Virus record (IMG/VR): IMGVR_UViG_3300042882_001870
From: an uncultured virus (IMG/VR IMGVR_UViG_3300042882_001870)
Taxonomy: Duplodnaviria; Heunggongvirae; Uroviricota; Caudoviricetes
DNA: 64,000 nucleotides
Reading direction: 5' to 3' (one strand)
Within the stretch, counting starts at the first letter, position 1. Every line of letters begins with the position of its first letter. Below, one piece after another: positions 16,647-27,096 of this stretch. Below the pieces are notes generated by a model. The model did not search any database. It worked only from the letters and a program-made list of their open reading frames with translations, and had not been told where the DNA came from. The translations under genes were made by a program, and so were the position numbers.

Positions 16647-17039
16647 ATGCAAAATAAAGACATAATATACTCGGACTTAGACCTAATGTTTAACATACAT
16701 CCTGTTAAACAAGATTTGGTTATGAGTATAAACGAGAAGGCAGTAATTCGTTCTGTTAGAAATTTGGTTCTTACAAACCATTACGAAAGACCGTTTCAAT
16801 CTGAAATAGGGTCAAACGTTAAGAAAATGTTGTTTGAACCAATTACTTCTCTTACAGAAAATTACATTCAGAGAGAAATTTATAATGTTGTAACAACTTT
16901 TGAACCCAGAGCAAAAAATGTTTTTGTTCAAGTTAAAGGTTATCCTGACGAAAACGCATTACGAGCAAATATTGTATTTTATATAGAAAATTCAACGACA
17001 CCAGTTGTAGTAGATATGCTTTTAGAAAGATCAAGATAG
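16647..17039 (+). CDS. 25: Baseplate wedge subunit gp25
   Basis: YSDLDL.F, SVRNLVLT..YERPF, FEPR. Confidence 0.93.
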   Translation: MQNKDIIYSDLDLMFNIHPVKQDLVMSINEKAVIRSVRNLVLTNHYERPFQSEIGSNVKKMLFEPITSLTENYIQREIYNVVTTFEPRAKNVFVQVKGYPDENALRANIVFYIENSTTPVVVDMLLERSR

Positions 17040-17049
17040 GAAAAAATAA

Positions 17050-19137
17050 ATGGCAACCTCTAATTCTAATTTAACTCTTGTGGGGACAGATTTTGATCAG
17101 ATCAAAAGTAATTTATTAACTTTCCTTAGAGGTCAAGATGTTCTAAAAGACGCAGATTATACTGGTAGTGTTCTTCAAACTTTATTAGACGTTTTAGCGT
17201 ACAATACCCATTATAATGCCTTCTATTTGAATATGGTTGCTAATGAAATGTTTTTGGATTCTGCCGTTAAAAGAGCTTCCGTAATATCGCATTCGAAAAT
17301 GTTAGGGTATTTTCCAAGATCTGTTGTTGCTCCTACTGCCACAATTAAATTAACCATTACTAATTATGAACTACCGTCTATAACTATTCCTAAATTTACA
17401 AAATTTATATCAGAGTCTGTTGATGGTGTTAACTACGTTTTTATGACCGATAAAGAATACGTTGTTAATAACGATCCAAATAATAACCCTAATACTGCTA
17501 TAGTAATAGCAGACGTTATAGTAAAACAAGGAGAACCAGTACAGTATACATTCACGTATAATTTAAAAGAAAACCCAAAGGGTATATATAAAATACCAGA
17601 CGCAAATATAGACCTAAGCACACTCCAAGTAATAGTCCAAAAGTCTCGGTTGGATTTTTCTTCTGTTTCTTTTTATACGGGTTCTACTGAAACTTTGTCC
17701 ATAACTCCTGAATCAGAAATTTATTTCGTTCAAGAATCTATGGATGGTTTTTATGAAATTTACTTTGGTGATGGAGTTCTTGGTAAACAATTAGAAAACG
17801 GTAATGTTGTAATAGTTTCCTACATAACGTCTGATGGTAGTATTGCAAACGGAGCTAAAGAATTCACTATTGTGGGGGGTAACGAACAGCTTGCTTCTGG
17901 CATCATAAGCGTTGAAACTACTAGTCCAGCCTTTGGAGGCAGAGAAAAAGAATCTATTGAGTCAATAAAATTTATTGCTCCAAAATCATACTCGGCGCAA
18001 AATAGGGCAGTAACGAATCAAGATTATATGACCCTATTGAATAACAATAATTATGGGTTTATATTTGATTCTGTTAATGTTTGGGGTGGACAAGAAAATG
18101 ATCCTCCTGTGTATGGTCAAGTTTTTGTTTCTCTAAAACCACAAGGAGGTTACGCTTTAACAACATCTCAAAAAGAAATTGTGAAAACAAAGTTGATTAA
18201 ACCTTTGAATGTAATTACTGTTGAGCCTACTATTATTGATCCAGACTACACATATATTAAATTAGAAATAGATGTAATATATGATTCCAGAAAAACTATA
18301 CTGAGCGTTGGTGAACTTGAATCTAGAATAAGAACTTCCATACAAGAGTTTTCAAGAGAAACTTTAAACTCTTTTAATTCTACATTTAGTTACCCGGATT
18401 TAATGTTCGCAGTTCAGAACGCTGATAATTCTATCGTGACCAACGAAATAGACGTAACCCTTCAAAAGAAGTTCTTACCAAGTTTAGAAGTAGCCACAAC
18501 ATATGAATTAGAGTTTGGAAGCGTATTGGAGAGGGGTATATTATTTTCTGGTATAACTTCTTCTCCTTCTATGCAATATTATGATAGACAAAATTCTTAT
18601 GCCGTTATTGATGGGATATACCTTGAAGAATTGCCTTCATATTCTGGGGGTGTTGAATCAATCGATATTGTTAATCCCGGATTTGGATATAAAACAAACC
18701 CTTCAATAAAAATAGTTGGTGATGGGTCTGGCGCTAATGCGTATTCTATAGTTGTTAATGGTTCTTTGAGCAAAATTGTTGTTGATAACCCCGGAGCGAA
18801 TTATTCTCAGGCAATTATTGAAATTGAGGGTGGTGGTGGAAATCTGGGTCAAGCAACAGCAACACTACAAGGTAGGTATGGTACTATAAAATCTTATTAT
18901 TACAATAAGAAAAATATAAAAACTTCTTTTGATGAAAATGTTGGCGTTGTTGATTATTATACTGGAAAAGTAACTCTAACAGATTTTAATCCTTTGAATG
19001 TGAATAACCCATTGGCACAATTAACTTTGACGGCAAAACCTCAATCTAACATTATAAGTTCCAGTAGAAATAGAATATTAACTATAGACCAGTTTGACCC
19101 TTCAGCAATAGTGATAAACATCAAAGAGAAATCCTAA
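17050..19137 (+). CDS. 6: Baseplate wedge subunit gp6
   Basis: DFDQIKSNL, LAYNTHYNAFYLNM..NEMFLDSA, YFGDG, QNRAVT..DY. Confidence 0.93.
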   Translation: MATSNSNLTLVGTDFDQIKSNLLTFLRGQDVLKDADYTGSVLQTLLDVLAYNTHYNAFYLNMVANEMFLDSAVKRASVISHSKMLGYFPRSVVAPTATIKLTITNYELPSITIPKFTKFISESVDGVNYVFMTDKEYVVNNDPNNNPNTAIVIADVIVKQGEPVQYTFTYNLKENPKGIYKIPDANIDLSTLQVIVQKSRLDFSSVSFYTGSTETLSITPESEIYFVQESMDGFYEIYFGDGVLGKQLENGNVVIVSYITSDGSIANGAKEFTIVGGNEQLASGIISVETTSPAFGGREKESIESIKFIAPKSYSAQNRAVTNQDYMTLLNNNNYGFIFDSVNVWGGQENDPPVYGQVFVSLKPQGGYALTTSQKEIVKTKLIKPLNVITVEPTIIDPDYTYIKLEIDVIYDSRKTILSVGELESRIRTSIQEFSRETLNSFNSTFSYPDLMFAVQNADNSIVTNEIDVTLQKKFLPSLEVATTYELEFGSVLERGILFSGITSSPSMQYYDRQNSYAVIDGIYLEELPSYSGGVESIDIVNPGFGYKTNPSIKIVGDGSGANAYSIVVNGSLSKIVVDNPGANYSQAIIEIEGGGGNLGQATATLQGRYGTIKSYYYNKKNIKTSFDENVGVVDYYTGKVTLTDFNPLNVNNPLAQLTLTAKPQSNIISSSRNRILTIDQFDPSAIVINIKEKS

Positions 19138-22100
19138 TGATAAAAACTTCTCTATTAGTACAACAGCAATTACCTAGTTTCGTTAGGGAAGATGATAACT
19201 ATCAGAATTTTGTTGCTTTTATAGAATCTTATTATGAATGGTTAGAACAAGATTCTAATGTATTAAGCGAATCTAAAAAAATACAAGAATATATTGATAT
19301 TGATTCTACCGTTGAAAAATTCGTTGAATATTTTTATTCAACGTTTATGCCAGCATTTCCAAAAGATGTTATTACAGACAAAAGAAAATTATTAAGGTTC
19401 TCAAAAGAACTTTATGAAAATAAAGGAAATAGAGCGGCTTATAAATTTCTATTTAGATGTTTATATAATGTTGATTCTGACGTATATGAAACTAAAGAAT
19501 ATGTAGTAAAAGCGTCTGCAGGTAAATGGTTTTTACCTAAATCTGTTAAAATTAAATCCAATGATTCTAGGTGGATCAATGCTGAAAATTTGTTTATTTT
19601 CGGTGATATTTCAAAGTCTTTGGCTAAAATCGAAAGGGCAAAGGTTGTAAACGATAGGGTAGAGATATTCATATCCGACATACAAAGGTTGTTCCAAACT
19701 GGAGAATTTGTAAAAGTAGTTGACGTAAACCTCCAAAACGTTTATTTTGATGTTGAAGGTAATATAGTAGAAGAAGGGGAAATATTAGAGGGAAAACTAT
19801 TAGGAACTATATCTTCAGTTGACGTTAATCGAAATTATAGAGGTAATTATTATTTATCGGGCGACCCGGTCGTTTTTTACGAAGGATTAGAAGAGGAAAC
19901 TTCTGATATTGGTGCTGTTGCTGAAGTCGGGGAAGTTACTTTGGGTGCTATACAGCGCGTAAAAGTTGAAGAGGGATCTTATGGTTATAGAGAACATCCC
20001 AACACATTTATTTTTGTAACTCCCGATTCCGGTAAACCTATATTAACGGTTGGTGCTATAAATCCAGCAAATACGTCAAACGTGACAATGATGGTTGCGG
20101 ATTCTTTGGAATTGAAAGAAAATATTCCACTAAATTGCAACGTTTTTACTGGGTTCCCAATAAGCAATACTCTTAATTATAATTTCTCAAGAACATTAGC
20201 AAATTCTTTAATATGTAATGCAAATACGGTTATGGCGAATGCATTTACGTTTAGAGAATTTTCGACGTATTCTATTGATACAGTTATTGTTCAAAATGGT
20301 GGTGGTGGATTTAGAACAATTCCCACCATATCCGCCGAATCAATGTATGAAACGGATTTGCCGTTTGGAATGGGGGATGAATACGACCCTAGATACACTC
20401 CAGCAGCAAATACGGTAACGTCTATCAAAAATTTTGGTATTCTAGGACCAATCCTTATCAGAACAGACTCTTCTGGTAATAGAAAACGAGGAGTTGGCTA
20501 CAAGGTAGGGGACGAAATACTATTTTCTGGTGGTCTTGGTGGAGGGGCTTTTGCAAACGTTACTTCAGTATTATCTGGAGGCGAAATCAACACCGTTTCT
20601 TATTATACGTCCACAAACAACCCTGCCCCTTTAGGCGGGTTTGGATATTCCAACGGAGAATTGCCTTACGTTTACGTTAAACCAACGGAAACTTCTGCTA
20701 GTATTTCTAGCAATAATGTACTAAGGGTTTCTAGTTCTTTTGTTACTGGAAATGTTTTAGTGGGGCAAACTGTTTCTGGTAATGGTATTCCTGTTACAAC
20801 AACCGTTATAAATTCATATTCTAATGGTTGGGTAATATTATCTAATAGCGCGACAGGAACCTATGTATCCAACACTTATTCTTTTGTTGGAACCGGAGCA
20901 GACTTATACGTCAGTACTGTACTTGGCGATGGAGCAAAGCTGGTACCAATTACAGATAGAATTGGTTCAATAACAACAATAAAAATTACCAATTTTGGTG
21001 AAGATTATATTTCTGCGCCAAAAGTTTCTCTAAAGGTTCAGGATATCGCTGTAAGTAACGTAAGTTTGTTATATGTACCTCAAAAGGGAGACATAGTATA
21101 TCAAGGAGCCAATTCTACTAGTTTTACTTATAAGTCGTATGTTGATTCTATTAATAGAATCACGTTTGACGAAAATTCTGAAACATCTACTTATATACTA
21201 AGGGTTTATAATTATAATAAACTTCCAAACCCTAACGCAGAATTAACTCTACAAAAAACCAAAATAATAGAACCAAATACATATCCAATAACTATAAAAA
21301 CCGACTATGTTTTCCCTAGAAAATTTTTACCAGACGGAACTTCTCAGATAGTTGGTAAAGACGGTATATTAACTTATGGTGATGGTACTGCTAAAGCAAA
21401 TTCTAAATTCTTAAACGGACTGATACTTGGTTCTGGAAGATATATTGATGAATCGCACCAACCAAGTTCTTTTTCTGTTCTGGAAGATGAAAACTACAAT
21501 AATTTTACTTATGTCGTTTCTGTTGAAAAAGACATCTCAAAATATAGAGATATTCTATATGAAAGTATGCATCCTTCTGGAACCAAGGTAATTGGTCAAG
21601 CGGTAATAAAGAACGAAGCTAACTCTGAAATAGAATTAAAAGAATCAACTTATGTAAATTATATTGACGATTTTGAATATATATGGGCTGCGTTGGCTAC
21701 TGAAGAAGTTGCCGAAAACGAGTTTAATTCTGAATTAATGCGATTCCCAGAATCAATTTCCAAATATGCAACGCTTGATTCTAATAATTCCAATATGTTG
21801 CGGTTGTCTACATTCCCCAATATTTCTAAAGACCAAAACATATATGGTGCTGGAATTCTTTGGGACACTAAAATAAAATCTGTTAATATTGCAAACAGCA
21901 GCATAATTTTAACAGAAAACGCTACTGAAAACCAAAACAATACTTTATTGCTGGTTATGGATAATTGGTCTGGATCGGATAATAAGTACATATTACCGCA
22001 CCAATTGATTCTATGCAATACTTCTAGTAATAGTAATGTTGTGGTAATAAGAACTTCTTCTAGTAGCAATTTAACGTCTGATTTGATTAAAAATCAGATC

Positions 22101-22706
22101 GTTGTTGGAAATACTACGACTATCTATGCTAACACTGTTAATAACAGTAACATGCTTAAAGAAGTTGAATCTGTCTCCAACGTTGTTGTTGGGCAATATA
22201 TTACCGGAAACAATATACCCAACGGAACAAAGGTTGCTCAAATAATTTCTGGTAATAATACCATTGTTATGACCCATAATGCTTCTGCTAATGCTAACGG
22301 ATACAGCTATAGCTACTTTGATAAACAGACCGAGACCACTGTTGGCGTATATAAATATAATTATATACAATTCCAGAGCGTTCCTTACAATACTAGAATA
22401 AGTAGAATAATAACGTCGAACAATACTTTATTATTATCAAACAATTGTATAAAAACTTCTATCGATAATGTTTATTATTTCTTGGGTGATGGTACTAGTA
22501 ATAGAGACTCTGAAATTCCATCCGAATTCGTAAGGGTAGAATCTGGTCAATTTACTGAAAAATACGGTTCTATTGGTGGTGCGAGACAAAGACCAGAAGA
22601 AAACTATTTTGTATTCAATGACGATTTATTAAGCGAATCTGGAGAACCGCTACTAACAGAAAATAATGTTAACATATCAGCAACAATTTACATAAGAATT
22701 AAATAG
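19137..22706 (+). CDS. 7: Baseplate wedge initiator gp7-like (with inserted beta-domains)
   Basis: QLPSFVRED...FV.FIESYYEWLE, Y..KG...YKFLFR.LY and HPSGTK; follows gp6. Confidence 0.75.
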   Translation: MIKTSLLVQQQLPSFVREDDNYQNFVAFIESYYEWLEQDSNVLSESKKIQEYIDIDSTVEKFVEYFYSTFMPAFPKDVITDKRKLLRFSKELYENKGNRAAYKFLFRCLYNVDSDVYETKEYVVKASAGKWFLPKSVKIKSNDSRWINAENLFIFGDISKSLAKIERAKVVNDRVEIFISDIQRLFQTGEFVKVVDVNLQNVYFDVEGNIVEEGEILEGKLLGTISSVDVNRNYRGNYYLSGDPVVFYEGLEEETSDIGAVAEVGEVTLGAIQRVKVEEGSYGYREHPNTFIFVTPDSGKPILTVGAINPANTSNVTMMVADSLELKENIPLNCNVFTGFPISNTLNYNFSRTLANSLICNANTVMANAFTFREFSTYSIDTVIVQNGGGGFRTIPTISAESMYETDLPFGMGDEYDPRYTPAANTVTSIKNFGILGPILIRTDSSGNRKRGVGYKVGDEILFSGGLGGGAFANVTSVLSGGEINTVSYYTSTNNPAPLGGFGYSNGELPYVYVKPTETSASISSNNVLRVSSSFVTGNVLVGQTVSGNGIPVTTTVINSYSNGWVILSNSATGTYVSNTYSFVGTGADLYVSTVLGDGAKLVPITDRIGSITTIKITNFGEDYISAPKVSLKVQDIAVSNVSLLYVPQKGDIVYQGANSTSFTYKSYVDSINRITFDENSETSTYILRVYNYNKLPNPNAELTLQKTKIIEPNTYPITIKTDYVFPRKFLPDGTSQIVGKDGILTYGDGTAKANSKFLNGLILGSGRYIDESHQPSSFSVLEDENYNNFTYVVSVEKDISKYRDILYESMHPSGTKVIGQAVIKNEANSEIELKESTYVNYIDDFEYIWAALATEEVAENEFNSELMRFPESISKYATLDSNNSNMLRLSTFPNISKDQNIYGAGILWDTKIKSVNIANSSIILTENATENQNNTLLLVMDNWSGSDNKYILPHQLILCNTSSNSNVVVIRTSSSSNLTSDLIKNQIVVGNTTTIYANTVNNSNMLKEVESVSNVVVGQYITGNNIPNGTKVAQIISGNNTIVMTHNASANANGYSYSYFDKQTETTVGVYKYNYIQFQSVPYNTRISRIITSNNTLLLSNNCIKTSIDNVYYFLGDGTSNRDSEIPSEFVRVESGQFTEKYGSIGGARQRPEENYFVFNDDLLSESGEPLLTENNVNISATIYIRIK

Positions 22707-22713
22707 GTTTAAT

Positions 22714-24129
22714 ATGGGAATAATAACCAGCAGTTTACCAAATCTAGGTAATCCAACAAGTAATACATTATTAATAGGGGTAAACGTTATTAACGAAACC
22801 CCAAATAATAGCGTAAAAATAACCGCAGCAAACCTAAAATCGTTTATTGTTGCCGAAGCATTTTTAAAGGCGAATCAATCCTTTGTAAAAGCTAATGCTT
22901 CTTACGATGCATCAAATTCTGCTGCTAATTACGCCAATTCAGCGTTCGTTTATGCCAATTCAGCATATAATTGGGCTAATGCTTCTTATAATTTCGCAAA
23001 CACTACGGCAAACACACTCTCTAATACAGAAATAAAATTATCCTCTGTATATAGTTTCTCTAATTCTTTATATGATATCTCAAATATAATTTTTGGCGTT
23101 GCTAATTCCGGGGTTTCTTTTTCCGCTAATGCGTTTATTCAAGCAAACGCCGCATTTATTCAAGCAAATTCTGCAAATTCTTATGCTATAGGGGTAAACG
23201 CTAAATTACAACAAATATATGATACAGCAAATTCAGCTTCTATATCTGCACAATTTGCAAACACAAATTCAACTGTAGCTTACGATTTAGCGCAAACTGC
23301 AATAGGCGATTCTCAAAATGCAAACACAAACGCTTTTACAGCATTGAGTGTTGCAAACAATGCGTTATTTATTGCAGCAAATACTGATATAAAATTATCT
23401 TCTGCGTATAGTTTGGCAAACAGCACACATGAATCTTTGGTTTCTGAATTAAATCTATATCCTATCGTTAACGCGAAAAGATTTAATGTTGTTGGTGATG
23501 GTGTTACAGACGATACGGTAAATTTGCAAAACGTTATTAATTCTATTCCTTTTGGAACGATCTTTATCCCTTCTGGCTTTTATGGTGTTACCACTTTGAA
23601 TATTAATCCTGGTATAAGCATTAAAGGCGACGGAAGTAACTCTTCGATATTTGTAACGTTAGCAAATAATTCTACTGTCCTTAAATATACAAAATCCAAC
23701 ACCTCTCTAAGTCCCGATAATATTTCTATATCTAGTATTGGTTTTAGATCTAACGGTACTGTTAATTGTATTCCTATCGGAGTTTCCGGCAATAGTAGCT
23801 CTTTACTTTGTGTTAATGCGAAAATATCAGATATTAAGATTGATGCAGAATTTGGATATTCTTTTTCTAAAGGTGTTGAATTATCAAATTGTAAAAATTA
23901 TATAGTTTCTTCTGTCATTTCAAGTAACTGTAATAATGATGTAGTAATTTCTAATTCTTTTAAAGGGCAGATTGTTAATAGTATATTTGATAGCGATTTG
24001 GCTAATAATATCATAGAAACAGGAACAAGTGATAAAAACATTATCTCCAACAATATAACAAGAAAGAGAATAAATATTGTCGGTCCTAATACCTTGAAAG
24101 TTAATAATATAGAAAACGCCTCAGAATAA
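22714..24129 (+). CDS. Fibre/spike protein with AxxxAN coiled coil and pectate-lyase-like beta-helix
   Basis: Heptad AN repeats; VNAKRFNVVGDGVTDDT...Q..I motif typical of tailspike beta-helix starts. Confidence 0.65.
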   Translation: MGIITSSLPNLGNPTSNTLLIGVNVINETPNNSVKITAANLKSFIVAEAFLKANQSFVKANASYDASNSAANYANSAFVYANSAYNWANASYNFANTTANTLSNTEIKLSSVYSFSNSLYDISNIIFGVANSGVSFSANAFIQANAAFIQANSANSYAIGVNAKLQQIYDTANSASISAQFANTNSTVAYDLAQTAIGDSQNANTNAFTALSVANNALFIAANTDIKLSSAYSLANSTHESLVSELNLYPIVNAKRFNVVGDGVTDDTVNLQNVINSIPFGTIFIPSGFYGVTTLNINPGISIKGDGSNSSIFVTLANNSTVLKYTKSNTSLSPDNISISSIGFRSNGTVNCIPIGVSGNSSSLLCVNAKISDIKIDAEFGYSFSKGVELSNCKNYIVSSVISSNCNNDVVISNSFKGQIVNSIFDSDLANNIIETGTSDKNIISNNITRKRINIVGPNTLKVNNIENASE

Positions 24130-24139
24130 AGGTAAATAA

Positions 24140-25192
24140 ATGTCTACACCTATCATAAGAATTTCTCAACTTCCGCCAGAAACAGAAAGAACTATGGCTG
24201 GCAATCCAAGTAATACTTGGTTCGCCATAGTTAATGTTAACGAGATGAAAACCAAAAGGCTTTCTCTAGACGCTTTATTAAAATATCTTTCAGAATATTT
24301 TGGAGATCCCCTACCTTTTCCATACCTTAAATTTCAAACTGAGGGTGGACTAAAAGCCAACGGGTCTTCTATAGCGACTGCTAATTTGGGTGATGTTCTT
24401 TTAATCAGCGATACAACAACATTTAATCACTCAAATGCTTCCTACAATACAGCTAATTCTGCTTCAATTTATGCAAACGGTGCGTTTTCTAGAGCAAATG
24501 TTGCCAGACAACACGCAAACGTTGCATATAATCACGCTAATTCTGCCTTTAATAAAGCAAATTCGGCTATTTCTTTGTTTTCATCTGGTGGAGTTTCTTT
24601 GCTATCTTCTAATCCAGATAACACCAAATTATCTTTGGGGCAAAGTTTATCGGTTTCTGTTTCGCCTATAGCATTGACGGCAACAAACGGTATAACTATA
24701 GACGGCGGTCTTAATAAATCTTTATCCCTTGGCCAACCTTTGACTATAGGAGCCAACCCAATAACTATCAATACGTTAAATGGTATTACTGGTGGAAAAC
24801 AATTGAGGTTGGGAGAATCTATAACGCTTGACGGGGCTTTTATATATAATCACGCAAATTCTTCTTATAATTATGCAAATAATTGTATAATAAAACCAGC
24901 AATTAATTATGTCACAAGCTCTCAAAATAATTTAGTAACCATTGCTAACAATAGATATATAATTTTAGGTGATGTCAATAGTAATATTCACGTAAAACTT
25001 CCTGCTGGAGTTCCTAAAGAAAATACATTCATATACTTTACTAATATGTCTCCATCTAAGAATAATACCATTCAGTATAATGGTACGAGAATACACGGTC
25101 TTGCTCCAAACGAACATTTAAAAATAGACGTACCAAACGTTTCTATAACAATGTGTTATATAGATTCTACTAGAGGTTGGGTAATAGTATAA
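24140..25192 (+). CDS. Virion structural / fibre protein
   Basis: RISQLP N-terminus, HANSA coiled coil, C-terminal VKLP...Y.DSTRGW module. Confidence 0.55.
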   Translation: MSTPIIRISQLPPETERTMAGNPSNTWFAIVNVNEMKTKRLSLDALLKYLSEYFGDPLPFPYLKFQTEGGLKANGSSIATANLGDVLLISDTTTFNHSNASYNTANSASIYANGAFSRANVARQHANVAYNHANSAFNKANSAISLFSSGGVSLLSSNPDNTKLSLGQSLSVSVSPIALTATNGITIDGGLNKSLSLGQPLTIGANPITINTLNGITGGKQLRLGESITLDGAFIYNHANSSYNYANNCIIKPAINYVTSSQNNLVTIANNRYIILGDVNSNIHVKLPAGVPKENTFIYFTNMSPSKNNTIQYNGTRIHGLAPNEHLKIDVPNVSITMCYIDSTRGWVIV

Positions 25193-27054
25193 TGATAGCA
25201 AATAACAGCATATTAACTAATGATAGTAATAGTTACGAAATTACTCAATTTTTTTACGCTCCGCAGGTAATTTTACCTCCAGATAACAAAAATTTGCAAT
25301 CTTTGTACGGGTTCATTTCTTATAATGACCCTTGGAACGAAACTTCTTACTCAAGTAATGCAGCTGAAACGATTATTATTAGAGATGCTGCTATTATTGA
25401 AAATTCTAATAGTTTAATTATAGTAAACGAACCAACTCTGAATGATTTTTTTATTGGGCAAAAAGTTTCTCATGAAAACGTTCCAGCAAATACAGTAGTT
25501 GATCAAATAAATTATGAAGATTTTGTTTTAACGTTAAGTAAAAACGCAACGAAAACTTCAGTAGGTAAATTCACTTTTACTGGGTTTATTCCTAATGATA
25601 ATAAAATAACTTTGAATGATAATGGGGCTTTGTCTAATAAGGATAATTTTTATTCTGATTGTGCGGTTAAAATTGATATTTTAAACGATCCTGGAGAATT
25701 AAATTATTATAGAAGCGTAGTTGGATATGACGCTTCAACTAAAACGATAACTCTAAACGAGCCTTTAATGGATTATCCTCCAATTAATAGTTCTTCTACT
25801 GTTACTTTAGTTAATGATAACGATCACCCACCAAAACCAAAAGATACCATAAAATATAAAAAACAAATATTTAAAAATATGTTTTATTTGAAGAAAATTA
25901 CTTCAAATAATATTTCTCCGGTAGTAAGAAGAATAAATTGGTCTGAAGGGGAAGTATACGATTACTATAGAGATGATATTGATTTATATGAAAAAAATTC
26001 TGATGGAACTCCGGTATATAAATTCTATGTAATGAATCAATTTTATCAGGTATTTAAATGTCTTTGGAATAATAATGGTGGCGTTTCTACAGTAGAACCG
26101 TATTTCGTTGCTGGTAATTTTGATGATACTACTAATATTTTCTACGACCCAGACGATGGGTATAAATGGAAATATATGTTTACTATTTCTTATGGTAAAC
26201 TTCAGCAGTTTATGGATGAAAATTGGATTCCTATTCCAATTTCAACACCACCAGAAGCGAAATTTTCTAACGAAAAGGCTGGTGGAATAGAAGTAATAAA
26301 TGTAACAAATGGTGGTTCTGGTTATGATTTATCATTAGCCCTTGTTGATGTTTCTATTATGGGAGACGGTTTGGGTGCTTCTGCCTATGCGGAAGTAGAT
26401 CAAACAACAAAAAAAATTCAAAATATTGTAGTAAGAAATCCAGGATATAATTATACCACCGCTAACGTCGTTATATCTTCAGCAACAGGAAATAATGCCT
26501 CTGCGATTGCTTCTATATCTCCAATAGGGGGAAATGGTGCAGATATTATGTCTGAGATGGGATGTGATCGAGTGATGGTCGCTTTCTTGTTTCAAGAATC
26601 TGAAGGTAATAAACTTCCAACAGACATGCAAATAAGACAAATAGGGTTACTTTCTAGTCCTACTGCTAATAGTACATATCCATACGTTGCTAACGCGGAA
26701 ACTTATGCCACATCTACTGATATTATTGTTTCTAACGGTTTTGGTACGTTTCAGGATGGAGAAATAGTATATCAGACACCAAATAATGCAAATTTTGCAA
26801 ACTCTACGTTTACTGCAACTTGCGTAAATTTCGAGTCAGCCCCAAATAAACTTAGACTGATTAACTTAAATGGTACTTATGTTAATGGTTCTTCCATATA
26901 TGGATTATCTTCTGGTACCGCCAGAACTTTGCTGCAAGTATTTGATCCAGATTTGATAAAGTATACAGGACACATAATCCATATAGAAAACCGCCAAGAA
27001 ATCCAGAGGAGCAGCGACGGTTTGGAATTATTCAGATTAGTCATAAAATTTTAA
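25192..27054 (+). CDS. 8: Baseplate wedge subunit gp8
   Basis: VVRRINWSEG..YD.Y, FYVMN..YQVFKCL.N, DGYKWKYMFTI, RQIGLL. Confidence 0.85.
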   Translation: MIANNSILTNDSNSYEITQFFYAPQVILPPDNKNLQSLYGFISYNDPWNETSYSSNAAETIIIRDAAIIENSNSLIIVNEPTLNDFFIGQKVSHENVPANTVVDQINYEDFVLTLSKNATKTSVGKFTFTGFIPNDNKITLNDNGALSNKDNFYSDCAVKIDILNDPGELNYYRSVVGYDASTKTITLNEPLMDYPPINSSSTVTLVNDNDHPPKPKDTIKYKKQIFKNMFYLKKITSNNISPVVRRINWSEGEVYDYYRDDIDLYEKNSDGTPVYKFYVMNQFYQVFKCLWNNNGGVSTVEPYFVAGNFDDTTNIFYDPDDGYKWKYMFTISYGKLQQFMDENWIPIPISTPPEAKFSNEKAGGIEVINVTNGGSGYDLSLALVDVSIMGDGLGASAYAEVDQTTKKIQNIVVRNPGYNYTTANVVISSATGNNASAIASISPIGGNGADIMSEMGCDRVMVAFLFQESEGNKLPTDMQIRQIGLLSSPTANSTYPYVANAETYATSTDIIVSNGFGTFQDGEIVYQTPNNANFANSTFTATCVNFESAPNKLRLINLNGTYVNGSSIYGLSSGTARTLLQVFDPDLIKYTGHIIHIENRQEIQRSSDGLELFRLVIKF

Positions 27055-27096
27055 CAAATAAATAGTTAAAAACATCTTTACTGAAGGAAAAGTTAA

